Assembly (NCBI GenBank): GCA_038330145.1
Contig: JBBQNR010000006.1
Coordinates: 2,773-66,772 of the forward strand
DNA length: 64,000 bases
Reading direction: 5' to 3'
Origin: Solirubrobacterales bacterium
Lineage (GTDB): Bacteria; Actinomycetota; Thermoleophilia; Solirubrobacterales; JBBDJG01
In this document: positions 48,682 through 58,311 of the stretch, piece by piece
Layout: each line of letters starts with the position of its first letter
Position numbering within the stretch: the stretch's first letter is position 1
Notes under the pieces: model-generated
The model's database searches: none
What the model was told of the DNA's origin: nothing
What the model saw: only the letters and a program-made list of their open reading frames with translations
Made by a program: the position numbers and the translations under genes

Positions 48682-50912
48682 TCGTCGCCCTGATCTGGAC
48701 GGCCGGGCGAGGGACCGTTCTCCTCGACACGGTCGCGAGTGCGGCTGATGCCCGGGCCGCGCAACGGGAACCCGCCCTCGCTGACCCCGAGGTCTCCGAT
48801 ACGGCCGCCGTCAGCGGGTGACCGGTACACGACGTGGCCACCCTTCCCCTCCTGCTTGGCCTTGTACATGGCACGGTCGGCATTGCGCAACAGGTCGCTT
48901 GGATTGGTCTCACCGGGCTCGTTGAGAGCGATCCCGATGCTGATCGTGAGATTTGTCTCGTTGCCCTCAACGACGAACGGCGTGCGCAGCGAGCTCTCGA
49001 TTCGCTCGGCGACACGAGTGGCCTCGTGCTCACCGGCGATGTCCTCGAGCAGGGTCGTGAACTCGTCGCCTCCCAGCCGGGCGACCGTGTCAGCCGGCCG
49101 AAGCGACGCACGAAGGCGCTGCGCCACCGCGATCAGCACCTGATCCCCGGCGTCGTGGCCGTAGTTGTCTTTGATCTCCTTGAAGCCGTCGAGGTCGCGC
49201 AGCATGACGGCGACCGACTGATGGCCGCGGCGGGTGCGCGCGAGCGCGTGCTCGAGCCGGTCCCTGAACAGTGAGCGGTTCGGCAACTCCGTCAGGGAGT
49301 CGTGGAAGGCCTGCTGCGACAGCTCGTCGATGCGGCGCGCGCTGGTGGTCCGCAGGGCGGCGTTCTCGATGATGAGCGAGCCCTCCAGCGACAACTGCTC
49401 CACGAGCTGACGCTCGTCCTCGGTCCAGTGGCGTGGGCCACGAGTGTCGCTGCAGACCACGATGCCGAGCGCTCTGTCCGCGGACAGCAATGGGAATGCG
49501 ACATACGCGCGCAGCCGCAGCAGCGCGACCAGCTCAGCCGGTATCAGCTGGCTCTGCGCCGCATCCTCGACGAAGACCGGTTCACGCTGGCGCGTCAGGC
49601 GCCGCCAGAGCCGGAACTCCTGCCCCGACGAACCGACCAGACGCTCGCTTGCGATCGCCTGGAAGTCGTCCGGGGCGTCGACTGCCACGTAGGCGATGCG
49701 GTCGTCGTCACCGGCGAGGAAGACGCTGGCGTGCTCGGTGTCGAGGGCGTCGCGGCTCACCTTCGCAAGCGCTTCGGCAGCCTCCTCGATCGACGTTGCA
49801 CGCGATCCCTCCTCGAGCAGGCGCCGGATCGTGGTGGCGGCCTGAAGATTGGTCGTTCGCTCCTCCATCGCGCGGGCGAGCTCCACGATGCCGCCGAGGC
49901 GTGCCGCGGCGTCGGCCAGCAGATGACCGTCGGACTCCGCGAACGCACCCGCGGCGGGAGAGTCGAGCGCGATGACCCCGACGACGTCGGTTCGGCGGCC
50001 GATCGGCGCCGCAAGCGCGGAGCCGACGGCGAAGGTCTCGGCCCACCAGCCGTCGATCAGAGGCGAGTCGGAACGTTCGGCGATCACGGCGTCCCCGGCC
50101 TCGAGGGCCGCGTCGACCAGCGGCAGCGGCGTGGCAGCGCCGCGGAAGAGGTCGCGGTCGTCCGGGTCGCAGGAGCCCTCGGCCGGCCTCGCCATCCTCG
50201 GCACGGCACGGCCGTCCTCGAGCAGGAAGACGGCTGCGTGGCGGGAACCGAGTTGACGGGCGAGCCGCTCGCACACAGTCGCCAGTACGCCGTCGAGCGA
50301 GTGCTGCTCCGAAGCCGCCTCGATCAGATCGAGGATCCACTCCGTCTCCGGATGCTGCGGCTCGGAGCTGCGACGGGCCTGGACGCGCGCAACGCTGGCC
50401 GCGACCAGGGGCACGATCGACTCCAGGTCGGGATTGGCCGCCGCACCGGCCGGCTCGATCGCGAGCATGCCAACGGGCTCGCTCGTCCACAACGGCTCCA
50501 GGTGGATGGATGTGACGCCAAAGTCGGCGGCCATCCCGGGCGGCAGGCGCACGTCACGCTGCCCGTCCTCGATATCAACCGGTTGCTGGTCGAGCAGGAC
50601 GCTGCGGGCGGCTGGAAAGTCGTCGAGCGGTATGCGTGACCAGCGCCGCGAAAGCTCTCTCAGGCGGTCGTCGTCGGGCCGGTCCGACGTCAGCGGCGAG
50701 ATCGTGCGTGAGGATGGGTCGTACACCAGCACGGACACACGGCGCGCGCTGAGGATGTCCCGAACCGCGCTGCAAAGCTGAGCGACCCGAAAGACGAGCC
50801 TTCTCGTCGAGTCGGGGCGCCGTCTAGTGGGTGCATCACTCACCGCTGTTGCGCTCCCTGCTTGACTGCATTCCGTGCCTTCAGCGCCCTCGGCGCTCGT
50901 GGCCAGGGCCAC
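48678..50912 (-). CDS. Multi-GAF + GGDEF diguanylate cyclase
   Basis: Three GAF-like segments; HDSLTELPNR, RLGGDEF, ADRAMYKAK. Confidence 0.88.
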   Translation of the reverse strand: MALATSAEGAEGTECSQAGSATAVSDAPTRRRPDSTRRLVFRVAQLCSAVRDILSARRVSVLVYDPSSRTISPLTSDRPDDDRLRELSRRWSRIPLDDFPAARSVLLDQQPVDIEDGQRDVRLPPGMAADFGVTSIHLEPLWTSEPVGMLAIEPAGAAANPDLESIVPLVAASVARVQARRSSEPQHPETEWILDLIEAASEQHSLDGVLATVCERLARQLGSRHAAVFLLEDGRAVPRMARPAEGSCDPDDRDLFRGAATPLPLVDAALEAGDAVIAERSDSPLIDGWWAETFAVGSALAAPIGRRTDVVGVIALDSPAAGAFAESDGHLLADAAARLGGIVELARAMEERTTNLQAATTIRRLLEEGSRATSIEEAAEALAKVSRDALDTEHASVFLAGDDDRIAYVAVDAPDDFQAIASERLVGSSGQEFRLWRRLTRQREPVFVEDAAQSQLIPAELVALLRLRAYVAFPLLSADRALGIVVCSDTRGPRHWTEDERQLVEQLSLEGSLIIENAALRTTSARRIDELSQQAFHDSLTELPNRSLFRDRLEHALARTRRGHQSVAVMLRDLDGFKEIKDNYGHDAGDQVLIAVAQRLRASLRPADTVARLGGDEFTTLLEDIAGEHEATRVAERIESSLRTPFVVEGNETNLTISIGIALNEPGETNPSDLLRNADRAMYKAKQEGKGGHVVYRSPADGGRIGDLGVSEGGFPLRGPGISRTRDRVEENGPSPGRPDQGDD

Positions 50913-51017
50913 TGGTGGCTAGCCGCAGACTAGTAGTAAAACAGAGCGCCGCGCAAGCGCGATGCGCGATGGAAAGCCGAAATCAGTGCTCTGCGGGCCG
51001 GGATCGGGCGCCGGCGA

Positions 51018-51353
51018 CTACTTGGTCGAGCTGCGGCTGGGCTCGTCCCCCTGGTCGCCGCCCTCCCTGTACTCGGGCAGGTTCTTGATCCCCTCACGGG
51101 TCGACCACTTGGAGTAGTTGTCCTCCAGGGCGTCGATCAGCTCGCGCATGAATCGAGGCGAGGCGCTCACGCGCGAGACCACCACGCCGGGGATCTCGTC
51201 ATCTTCGATCTCGTGGTCCAGGCGGGCGAACGTGATGGTGAACTCGTAGTCCGAGTGGCTGATGTTGGCGAAGTTCGCGTATACGCCGGCCATCACCTCG
51301 GGCGACATGTGCATGTTGATGTGTCGCTCGCGCTCGCCGTCGCCGTCGCTCAT
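51018..51353 (-). CDS. DUF3467-like small protein
   Basis: GVYANFANISHSDYEFTITF, VVVSRV. Confidence 0.75.
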   Translation of the reverse strand: MSDGDGERERHINMHMSPEVMAGVYANFANISHSDYEFTITFARLDHEIEDDEIPGVVVSRVSASPRFMRELIDALEDNYSKWSTREGIKNLPEYREGGDQGDEPSRSSTK

Positions 51354-51439
51354 AGAACTTCCTTTCCGAGGGCTGCTTGAAGTAGGCGCCTCCACCGGGC
51401 ATCCGGCGAATTGCCCTAGTATCGCACCGTGGTGACGGG

Positions 51440-51901
51440 GTGCGAATAGTCGTCATCTGCGTGGGCAGGGCGCGAGCTCCCTTCGCCGACGGCGTCGCCC
51501 ACTACGAGCGCCTGCTCTCGCGGCAGGCACGGATCGAGTCCGTCGAGCTGCGTGAGGCGGGTGCCGACCAGGGCCGCAGGCCGCAGATACAGGCCAGAGA
51601 GGCCGAGCAGATCGCCGCTCGCATCCCGGAAGGCGCGTTCGTCTGCGCACTCGACCGTGAGGGCACCCAACTCTCCAGCATCGATCTGGCGCGCTGGCTC
51701 GAACAGCGGCGGACCGACGGCCGCGATCTGTGCTTCGTCGTCGGCGGTCCGCTCGGCCTCGATGCGAGCGTGATCGAGAGCGCCGAATCGACGCTTTCGT
51801 TCGGGCCGATCACGCTTCCCCATCAGCTCGCACGTGTGGTGCTGCTGGAACAGCTTTTTCGCGCTCACAAGATCATTGCCCGAGAGCCATACCATTACTA
51901 G
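51440..51901 (+). CDS. rlmH: 23S rRNA m3-pseudouridine-1915 methyltransferase
   Basis: LDREG, FVVGGPLG, TLPHQLARVVLLEQLFRA, PYH. Confidence 0.95.
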   Translation: MRIVVICVGRARAPFADGVAHYERLLSRQARIESVELREAGADQGRRPQIQAREAEQIAARIPEGAFVCALDREGTQLSSIDLARWLEQRRTDGRDLCFVVGGPLGLDASVIESAESTLSFGPITLPHQLARVVLLEQLFRAHKIIAREPYHY

Positions 51902-51937
51902 CGTCGTGAAGAGGGTCATGAACGAGACGATTAGCTG

Positions 51938-53584
51938 ATGCCTTCGGACGCAGGGCCGACCGAGGCGCTGCGCGGCGCCGTCGCCGACGCCGCCGGATCG
52001 CTGCGCGGGAACGGAGAGGCTCCGGCATCTTCGCTCGAGCGCCCGCCCCGAGCCGAGTTCGGCGACTACTCGAGCAACGCCGCGATGTTGCTGGCGCCCG
52101 CGCTGAAGGCCCCACCGCGGGAGGTCGCCGAGCGCCTTGGCGCGGAGCTCAAGGAAAGCATGGGCGACGCCCTCACTCGGGTCGACGTGGCGGGGCCGGG
52201 CTTCGTGAACCTCTTCCTCTCCGACAACTGGTTCCTGAGCTCGCTTCAGGCGATACGGGATGCGGGAGAGCGATTCGGCGTCGACCTGGTGCCGGAGGCG
52301 TCGCGCGAGCGGGTGCTGATCGAGTTCGTGAGCGCGAACCCAACTGGTCCCCTGACGGTCGCGAGCGCGCGTGGCGCTGCGCTGGGCGACTCGGTCGCCC
52401 GGGTTCTCGCCTTCGTCGGTCATGAGGTCGAGCGCGAGTACTACGTCAACGATTACGGCACGCAGGTGGAGCTGTTCGCCGCCTCGATCGCCGCCGCGAT
52501 GACGGGTGCGGAGGTTCCCGAGGACGGATACCGCGGCGAGTACGTGGGCGAGCTGGCCAAGCTGCTTCAGGACGAGAGCCTCGGGCCGGACGACCTGGAA
52601 GCCATCGCCCGCCGCGCGGTCGAGCTAATGCTGGATCAGGTAAGGGTCTCGCTCGAGCGCTTTCGCGTGCACTTCGACCGCTGGTTCTCCGAGCGCGAGG
52701 CCAACGAGAGGGGAGAGGTCGAGCGCGCGCTTGCACAGCTCGAGCAGGAGGGCCACGTGTACTCCTCGGAGGGAGCCACGTGGTTGCGCACCAGCTCCTT
52801 CGGCGACGACAAGGACCGGGTGTTGCGTCGCTCGACCGGGCAGCTGACCTATTTCGGGTCCGACATCGGGTATCACAACGACAAGCTAAGTCGCGGCTAC
52901 GACCGGCTCATCAACGTGGTGGGCGCCGACCATCACGGCTACGTGCCGCGCATCAAGGCCGCCTATCAGGCGCTTGGCGGCGGGCCGGACGCGCTCGAGG
53001 GATTGATCATGCAGCTCGTGCACGTCGTCGAGCGCGGTGAGCGCGCGCAGATGTCGAAGCGCAAGGGAGAGTTCGTGACGCTGGACGACCTGATCGACGA
53101 CATCGGTGTCGACGCTGCACGTTTCTTCATGCTCCAGCGCTCACACGACACGCCGCTCGACATCGACCTCGACCTTGCCCGCGCGCAGAGCCAGGAGAAC
53201 CCCGTCTATTACGTCCAGTACGCACACGCCCGCATCGAGAGCATCCTCGTCAACGCGGGCCCCGAGCGCGTGGCGAGCGCGGAGCGCGTCGACCTCTCGA
53301 GCCTCTCGGTCTTGCTGCACCCGGCCGAGCGCACGCTGATCAAGCGGCTGCTCGAGCTGCCGGACGAGCTGCTGGAGGTGACCGAGCGCCGGGCTCCTCA
53401 CCACCTCACCGTCTACGCCCACGAGGTGGCGTCCGACTTCCACGCCTTCTACCGAGACTGCCGCGTGGTCGGCGCCGAGTCGCCGGAGCTGGAGAACCTG
53501 AGGATCGCGCTCTGCGTCGCCTGCAAGGGAGTGATCGCGCGCTCCCTGGATCTGCTCGGGGTCGAGGCTCCCGAGCAGATGTAG
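51938..53584 (+). CDS. argS: Arginine--tRNA ligase
   Basis: FGDYSSN, AGPGFVN, EFVSANPTGPL, GADHHGY, MSKRKG, NPVYYVQYAHAR. Confidence 0.97.
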   Translation: MPSDAGPTEALRGAVADAAGSLRGNGEAPASSLERPPRAEFGDYSSNAAMLLAPALKAPPREVAERLGAELKESMGDALTRVDVAGPGFVNLFLSDNWFLSSLQAIRDAGERFGVDLVPEASRERVLIEFVSANPTGPLTVASARGAALGDSVARVLAFVGHEVEREYYVNDYGTQVELFAASIAAAMTGAEVPEDGYRGEYVGELAKLLQDESLGPDDLEAIARRAVELMLDQVRVSLERFRVHFDRWFSEREANERGEVERALAQLEQEGHVYSSEGATWLRTSSFGDDKDRVLRRSTGQLTYFGSDIGYHNDKLSRGYDRLINVVGADHHGYVPRIKAAYQALGGGPDALEGLIMQLVHVVERGERAQMSKRKGEFVTLDDLIDDIGVDAARFFMLQRSHDTPLDIDLDLARAQSQENPVYYVQYAHARIESILVNAGPERVASAERVDLSSLSVLLHPAERTLIKRLLELPDELLEVTERRAPHHLTVYAHEVASDFHAFYRDCRVVGAESPELENLRIALCVACKGVIARSLDLLGVEAPEQM

Positions 53585-53593
53585 CGTCGGGCC

Positions 53594-54742
53594 TCAGCAG
53601 TCCTTGGACGCCAGGCAGGGCCCGATCGCGCGCAGCTTGCTCCAGTCGACGCCGCTGTCGACGTCGAACGTGTAGACGGTCCTGTTGATTGCGTTGTCGA
53701 ATGACGACGGAAGGTGGTGCCGCTTGGCGTACGTCACCCACGGGTCGGCCAGACCGAAGCTGGTGTAGCCGGTCCCCGACTCGATCGGGAACACCTTCAG
53801 CGATTTGTTGGTGGAGTCGCCCAGGTAGAAGCCGTAGTCGCGAATCGCGCGCAGCACGGCACGCTTCCACGTCGGGTAGGTGGCGAGCCGCGCGTCCGTC
53901 ATATATGCCGGATCGAGCTGGAAGCGCGTTCCCATCGGCGGATAGCCCTTGCCGGGATCCCACCGGCCGTCGGACTTCTCGGCCGGATAGACCCATGTGT
54001 AGGCGACCCGCGACGAGGCCGCGAACAGCGCGTGGTCGATGCGGCCGGCCGCCAGCTCCTGGTAGCGGATGCGCCCGCCCAGCGACGGGAAGCGAGAGGA
54101 GGTGTCGGCGGCGTGCAGACCCACGCCATCGATCGGGACACGGCGTCCAGCATCGCAATGAAGCACGTGAGCGTTGGTGTCGATCCGGGCCCGATAGCAG
54201 CCCCAGTGCTCGCCGTCGTAGACGATCGCGAGGTGGCTGTCCTCGCCCGCCGCCGGCTTGGCGCCCTTCGGGATGCGGACCTGCCGGCCGTTGATCGCGT
54301 AGGGGTCCGTTCTGGAGCCGCCCTCCACTCGGTAGAGCGGGTCCTTTGAGTTCGCGAAATAGATCGCATGCGAGAAATCGCTCGAGGTATCGGCTATTCC
54401 GACACGCAACGGCTCCACCGGACCGGGCTCCAACAGACGGTCGACGAATCGAGTCGAAAGCGGATCCAAGGGAGCGCGCTGCGGAATGCGCTGGTTCCAC
54501 GGCGAGTCGTCGGCCCAGGGCCGCCAGCTGGCCGGCGGGAACTTGTCGGGCGAGTGGAAGTTGCCGGCGGAGCGTGCGGTGCGGGGCGTGCTGGTGTCGC
54601 CGCCGGCGCCTGAGCCATCGCCGGATTTGGAGCTCGAGCCACATCCGGCCGCCAGCGCGATCAGCGCTGCCACCAGCACCGCAGCACACGGCCCAAGCCA
54701 CCCTTCCCTGCGCGAGCGTCCGGCTCGCCGGCCACGGATCAC
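53594..54742 (-). CDS. Lipoprotein of unknown function
   Basis: Lipobox LAAGC, Ser/Gly linker, globular domain (SPWNQRI, PMGTRFQL, RDYGFYLGD). Confidence 0.75.
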   Translation of the reverse strand: MIRGRRAGRSRREGWLGPCAAVLVAALIALAAGCGSSSKSGDGSGAGGDTSTPRTARSAGNFHSPDKFPPASWRPWADDSPWNQRIPQRAPLDPLSTRFVDRLLEPGPVEPLRVGIADTSSDFSHAIYFANSKDPLYRVEGGSRTDPYAINGRQVRIPKGAKPAAGEDSHLAIVYDGEHWGCYRARIDTNAHVLHCDAGRRVPIDGVGLHAADTSSRFPSLGGRIRYQELAAGRIDHALFAASSRVAYTWVYPAEKSDGRWDPGKGYPPMGTRFQLDPAYMTDARLATYPTWKRAVLRAIRDYGFYLGDSTNKSLKVFPIESGTGYTSFGLADPWVTYAKRHHLPSSFDNAINRTVYTFDVDSGVDWSKLRAIGPCLASKDC

Positions 54743-54748
54743 GGCAGC

Positions 54749-55498
54749 TCAGATGTCCTGGAAGAAGTTGACGTTGAGGTCGTTCATCGTTCTCTGCGCC
54801 TCGGCGTTGAGCCGCGTCAGCTCTCCGGTCAGGACGAGCACGCCGATTCCGATCAGCAGCACTCCGGCCAGCCCGTTGATGACGGCATAGTGACGCTTGA
54901 GCCAGCCGAAAGCCGTCGTCGCCCTGTTGAACGCCACCGCCGTGAGCAGGAACGGAACCGCCAGCCCGGCAGAGTAGACGGCCAGCAGGGCTCCTCCTTC
55001 GGCCACCGAGTCGTTCGTTGCCGCCAGTCCGAGGATCGAGGCCAGCGCCGGGCCCACGCAGGGTGTCCACGCGATCGCGAATGCCGCGCCGACAATCAGC
55101 GGGCCGCCGCGACCGACACGCGTCATCAGCGCATCGGGATGCCACTCACGGTTGAGCACCGGGAGGAAGAGCGCGAGCACGAAGAAGGCGCCGAGCACGA
55201 TGATCGCCACGCCGGCCACCTTCTCGAGCGCCGTGCGGCTCTCGAACAGCGCGTTCCCGAGCCCCGTTGCGGTCATGCCGAGCAGGACGAAGATGAGCGA
55301 GAAGCTGAGTATGAAGAGGCCCGCGCGCACGAGCACGCTTCGCAACGCCACCCCTCTGGCGCCGCGCAGCTGCGACGGTGTCAACCCGCAGACGGTCGAC
55401 AGATAGCCCGGCACCAGCGGCAGCACACAAGGCGAGATGAACGACACGAAGCCGGCCGCGAAGGCGAGAATGATGCTTGGGGCACCCGGGTCGTTCAC
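54749..55498 (-). CDS. ccdA: Cytochrome c biogenesis protein CcdA
   Basis: SFISPCVLPLVPGY and WTPCVGP; GTGA overlap with ccmH. Confidence 0.92.
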   Translation of the reverse strand: MNDPGAPSIILAFAAGFVSFISPCVLPLVPGYLSTVCGLTPSQLRGARGVALRSVLVRAGLFILSFSLIFVLLGMTATGLGNALFESRTALEKVAGVAIIVLGAFFVLALFLPVLNREWHPDALMTRVGRGGPLIVGAAFAIAWTPCVGPALASILGLAATNDSVAEGGALLAVYSAGLAVPFLLTAVAFNRATTAFGWLKRHYAVINGLAGVLLIGIGVLVLTGELTRLNAEAQRTMNDLNVNFFQDI

Positions 55499-55959
55499 AG
55501 GTCGTAGCGCGACAGGTCCTGGTCGAGGCGCGCGGAGTCGGCGGCTGAAAGCTCGGGCTCCGGGGTCGGCCGTGGGTCGGGGCGGCGGCGCCACCTGACC
55601 AGGCCGAACCCCAATGCGACCATGGCGAGCAGGACGGCTGCGGCCGGGACCAGGTAGGCGGTGAGGTCGAATCCGTTGTCGTCTGGCAGCGCCAGCACCT
55701 CGGACCCGAACTCCGACACGAGGGCGTCCTTGATCTGCGCCTTGGTCTTCCCCTGGTCGATCTGGCGACGTATGAACACGCGCTCGCGCTCGGCCTGCGG
55801 CGAGTTGGCAAGGTTCAGGGCCGTGCCACAGGTCGGGCACATGACCTCGTCCTCGATGTCGGGAAGGGAGGCTCGTGGCTCAGCCGCCGACGGGCCCGCC
55901 GCGACCGTGCCGGCGAGCAGGAGGACCGTCGCCAACCCGATCAGATACTGCCTGTACAT
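55495..55959 (-). CDS. ccmH: Cytochrome c biogenesis protein CcmH/NrfF
   Basis: Signal peptide, VMCPTC, LVSEFGSEVLALP, C-terminal TM. Confidence 0.88.
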   Translation of the reverse strand: MYRQYLIGLATVLLLAGTVAAGPSAAEPRASLPDIEDEVMCPTCGTALNLANSPQAERERVFIRRQIDQGKTKAQIKDALVSEFGSEVLALPDDNGFDLTAYLVPAAAVLLAMVALGFGLVRWRRRPDPRPTPEPELSAADSARLDQDLSRYDL

Positions 55960-56004
55960 GCTCGCTACAAGGTAGCGAGCCAGGGCAAGAATTACCCCCG
56001 CACA

Positions 56005-56682
56005 CTACGGGTGCCTCAGGAACAGGTAGGCACAGTCCTCGAACTGCTCCAGGTTGCCCCAGCGGCCGCCGTTCTCGCAGTAGGTGAGCGTGAAACCGAG
56101 CGCGTCCATCTCGCCTCGGAGATCCGAGTCGAGGATCCCCCACTGCCAGATGTTGAACACGTCCCGGTAGGGACGGCCCTTGTCGGGGGCGGTTTCGTCC
56201 AGCCGATCGAGGAGCCCGGTGGTGTACCGGTGTTCAGGAACCGCTGCAAGGTAGCCCTCCCGACCGAGGTCCAGAAGCCGCGTCGTGCGGTCCGCTCCGA
56301 TGAACTGCGGATTGGCGATGGCGAACGCACGCGTCAGCGGTGCGTACAGACGCAGAATCGCGTCCCAGTCCGGGGCGACCTGGTGCAGCAGGACGTCGAA
56401 CAAAAGGATGAGATCGACCGGGTCGATGCGATCGCGGACCTCCTCAGTGCCGAAGTTCCCCTCCACGAGCTTCAGCTGTGGGAAGCCGGCGGCACGCTGA
56501 CGCGTCTCCTCGTTCATCTCGTCGTCAACCAGGAACGCGTGGTCTACGGCGGTCGACTCGAGCAGGTGGAAGCTATATCCGCCGTGGACCTGCCAGGCCG
56601 CTCCGAGGTCAGCAAACGAGCGCAGCCGCACCCGATCCATGGCAGCGTCGAGCAGTCGGGTCTTGATCGGGCGAAGTTTCAC
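56005..56682 (-). CDS. Hypothetical protein, SAM-methyltransferase-like
   Basis: SFADLGAAW and DLILLFDVLLH resemble class I methyltransferase motifs. Confidence 0.55.
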   Translation of the reverse strand: MKLRPIKTRLLDAAMDRVRLRSFADLGAAWQVHGGYSFHLLESTAVDHAFLVDDEMNEETRQRAAGFPQLKLVEGNFGTEEVRDRIDPVDLILLFDVLLHQVAPDWDAILRLYAPLTRAFAIANPQFIGADRTTRLLDLGREGYLAAVPEHRYTTGLLDRLDETAPDKGRPYRDVFNIWQWGILDSDLRGEMDALGFTLTYCENGGRWGNLEQFEDCAYLFLRHP

Positions 56683-56713
56683 AGCGTTGGTCGCAGACCG
56701 GCAACTTCCACCC

Positions 56714-56719
56714 TACAAT
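56714..56719 (+). promoter_or_regulatory. -10 element TACAAT of the tRNA-Gly gene
   Basis: 8 nt upstream of the tRNA 5' G. Confidence 0.55.
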
Positions 56720-56727
56720 GCGAATAC

Positions 56728-56771
56728 GCGGACGTAGCTCAGTTGGTAGTGCGTCGGCTTCCCAAGCCCGA
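56728..56771 (+). tRNA. tRNA-Gly(CCC), 5' half only (disrupted integration site)
   Basis: GCGGACG-TA-GCTC-AGTTGGTA-GTGC-G-TCGGC-TTCCCAA-GCC; no GTTCGA T-arm follows; integrase stop ~45 nt downstream. Confidence 0.8.
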
Positions 56772-56813
56772 CCAGGGGTTGCAGACGTTTGCAGCCGTTC
56801 GGCAGTTTCCCCA

Positions 56814-58064
56814 CTAGGCCGCCAATCCAAGCTCGACACGCGAGTCAGCCGTTGCATCGTTTTGCATACGGCCTGTTGCCCCCGCGTTGCCCCGAGAGGG
56901 TTCCAGCGGCTCGCCGATATCGCCATCGAGCAAATGGACGTATGCGTCGAGGGTGAAGCTCGGCGAGTGGTGGCCGAGCCACCGCTGGACTTGCACCACG
57001 TTGCGGCCCTCCGCGAACAGTCGCGAGGCGACCGTATGGCGGAATGTGTGGAACCCCGCCCACTCGACGCCAGCCTCTTCGCAGGCTGGCGAGAGTACCC
57101 GCCGGTGGACGTTGTCGGGGTCTAGAACGGTCCCAACCCCGGTCGTGAACACAAGCGCGTCCGGCCGCCTGGCTTGCGCTCTGAGGCGATCGGCCAGCCA
57201 GACCGGGATAGGAACGTCCCGACGCGCATAGCGGGACTTCAGCGGGCCGATCACGAGTCCGGCCTTGTGCTGTCGGCGCACGCGCTGGCGCACTTTGACG
57301 TATGGGTTCGCACCGTCGAGCGCCAGGTGGCGGTCCTCGAAGGCCAGCAGCTCCGAGCGTCGTACACCCGTGGCCGCCAGTAGCTCGAACATCAGCCGGT
57401 AATCGGAATGCACGAGCTTGACCACCATTTCCATTAGCGGCTCGCCCTGGTCGTCAGTAGCAAACGGCCGGGCACGTTCTTCATCGTTGACGATTTGCTC
57501 TCGGTAGGGCAGGGTTGCCTCGCTGGTCGGATCGTGGCGAATCAGCCCTTCTCGCCGTGCCGTTGCCAAGCAGGCCGACAGCGGCTTGAATGCGTTGCGG
57601 ATTGACGAGTCCGAGAGTGTGCGGCCCTTGTGCCCGTTCGCTGGCTGCTTCGCGAGCCAGCCGATGTAGTTAGCCACTATGCGCGGGGTCAGCTCGGCGA
57701 GCCGCAGCCCCGGCGGGAAGTGGCGCAGCACGTACCGATTCAGCAACCGGCGGTAGTCGTCGCGCGTCTCTTCGCGAAAGCCCCGGCGGCCGGTACCTTG
57801 ATAGCGGTCGATCCACTCGAGCGCATACTCGTGCAGCGTTAAGCGAGTCGCAGCGGTGAACTCTCCCCGCGCAGCGTCGGCCTCGTTGATTCGCTTGGCC
57901 TCGCGAGCCTCGGCGAGCGTGCGATGCGTTCCCTTGTGCTGACGGCCTCGCGCTCGCCACGTAGAAACGTAGGAGCAACTACAGCGCCCCTTACCATCGC
58001 AGCCCTTGACGTGCCGTCGGAAGATGCCAGGAGCACCCTCCACCGGCGTTAGCTTGGCGGCCAT
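56814..58064 (-). CDS. Tyrosine recombinase / phage integrase
   Basis: TGVRRSEL, KSR, HTFRH, LGHH, DAYVH catalytic set; N-terminal arm-binding region (TLAEAREAK). Confidence 0.93.
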   Translation of the reverse strand: MAAKLTPVEGAPGIFRRHVKGCDGKGRCSCSYVSTWRARGRQHKGTHRTLAEAREAKRINEADAARGEFTAATRLTLHEYALEWIDRYQGTGRRGFREETRDDYRRLLNRYVLRHFPPGLRLAELTPRIVANYIGWLAKQPANGHKGRTLSDSSIRNAFKPLSACLATARREGLIRHDPTSEATLPYREQIVNDEERARPFATDDQGEPLMEMVVKLVHSDYRLMFELLAATGVRRSELLAFEDRHLALDGANPYVKVRQRVRRQHKAGLVIGPLKSRYARRDVPIPVWLADRLRAQARRPDALVFTTGVGTVLDPDNVHRRVLSPACEEAGVEWAGFHTFRHTVASRLFAEGRNVVQVQRWLGHHSPSFTLDAYVHLLDGDIGEPLEPSRGNAGATGRMQNDATADSRVELGLAA

Positions 58065-58311
58065 CAGGGCCGCACCGCAGTTCTTACTTCGGCCATCAAG
58101 GCTCCCTTCGTTGTTGGTCCGATGGACCGAAGGGACGGGCTGCGGCGGCGGATAATCTTCCCGCTGCGCCGAAGGCTCGCCCTTCGGTGCCAGCCCCGGG
58201 GTGTTAGCGCACCGCCGGGGCATTTATTTTGTGGTTGATCCTACCGGCCCCTGGACTCTCAATCCAGACCCCTGTTAGGTTGGCTTGGTCAAGGATTGAA
58301 AGGGGACCGCA

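Noticed and set aside
51440-51937. rlmH 3' end as an integration hotspot
   Set aside because: argS follows within 40 nt; no att repeat or foreign DNA.
56772-56803. Possible degenerate tRNA 3' half (CGTTCGG can partly pair with the acceptor strand)
   Set aside because: No TTCGA loop, spacing is off by about 3 nt, and the intervening hairpin is not T-arm shaped.
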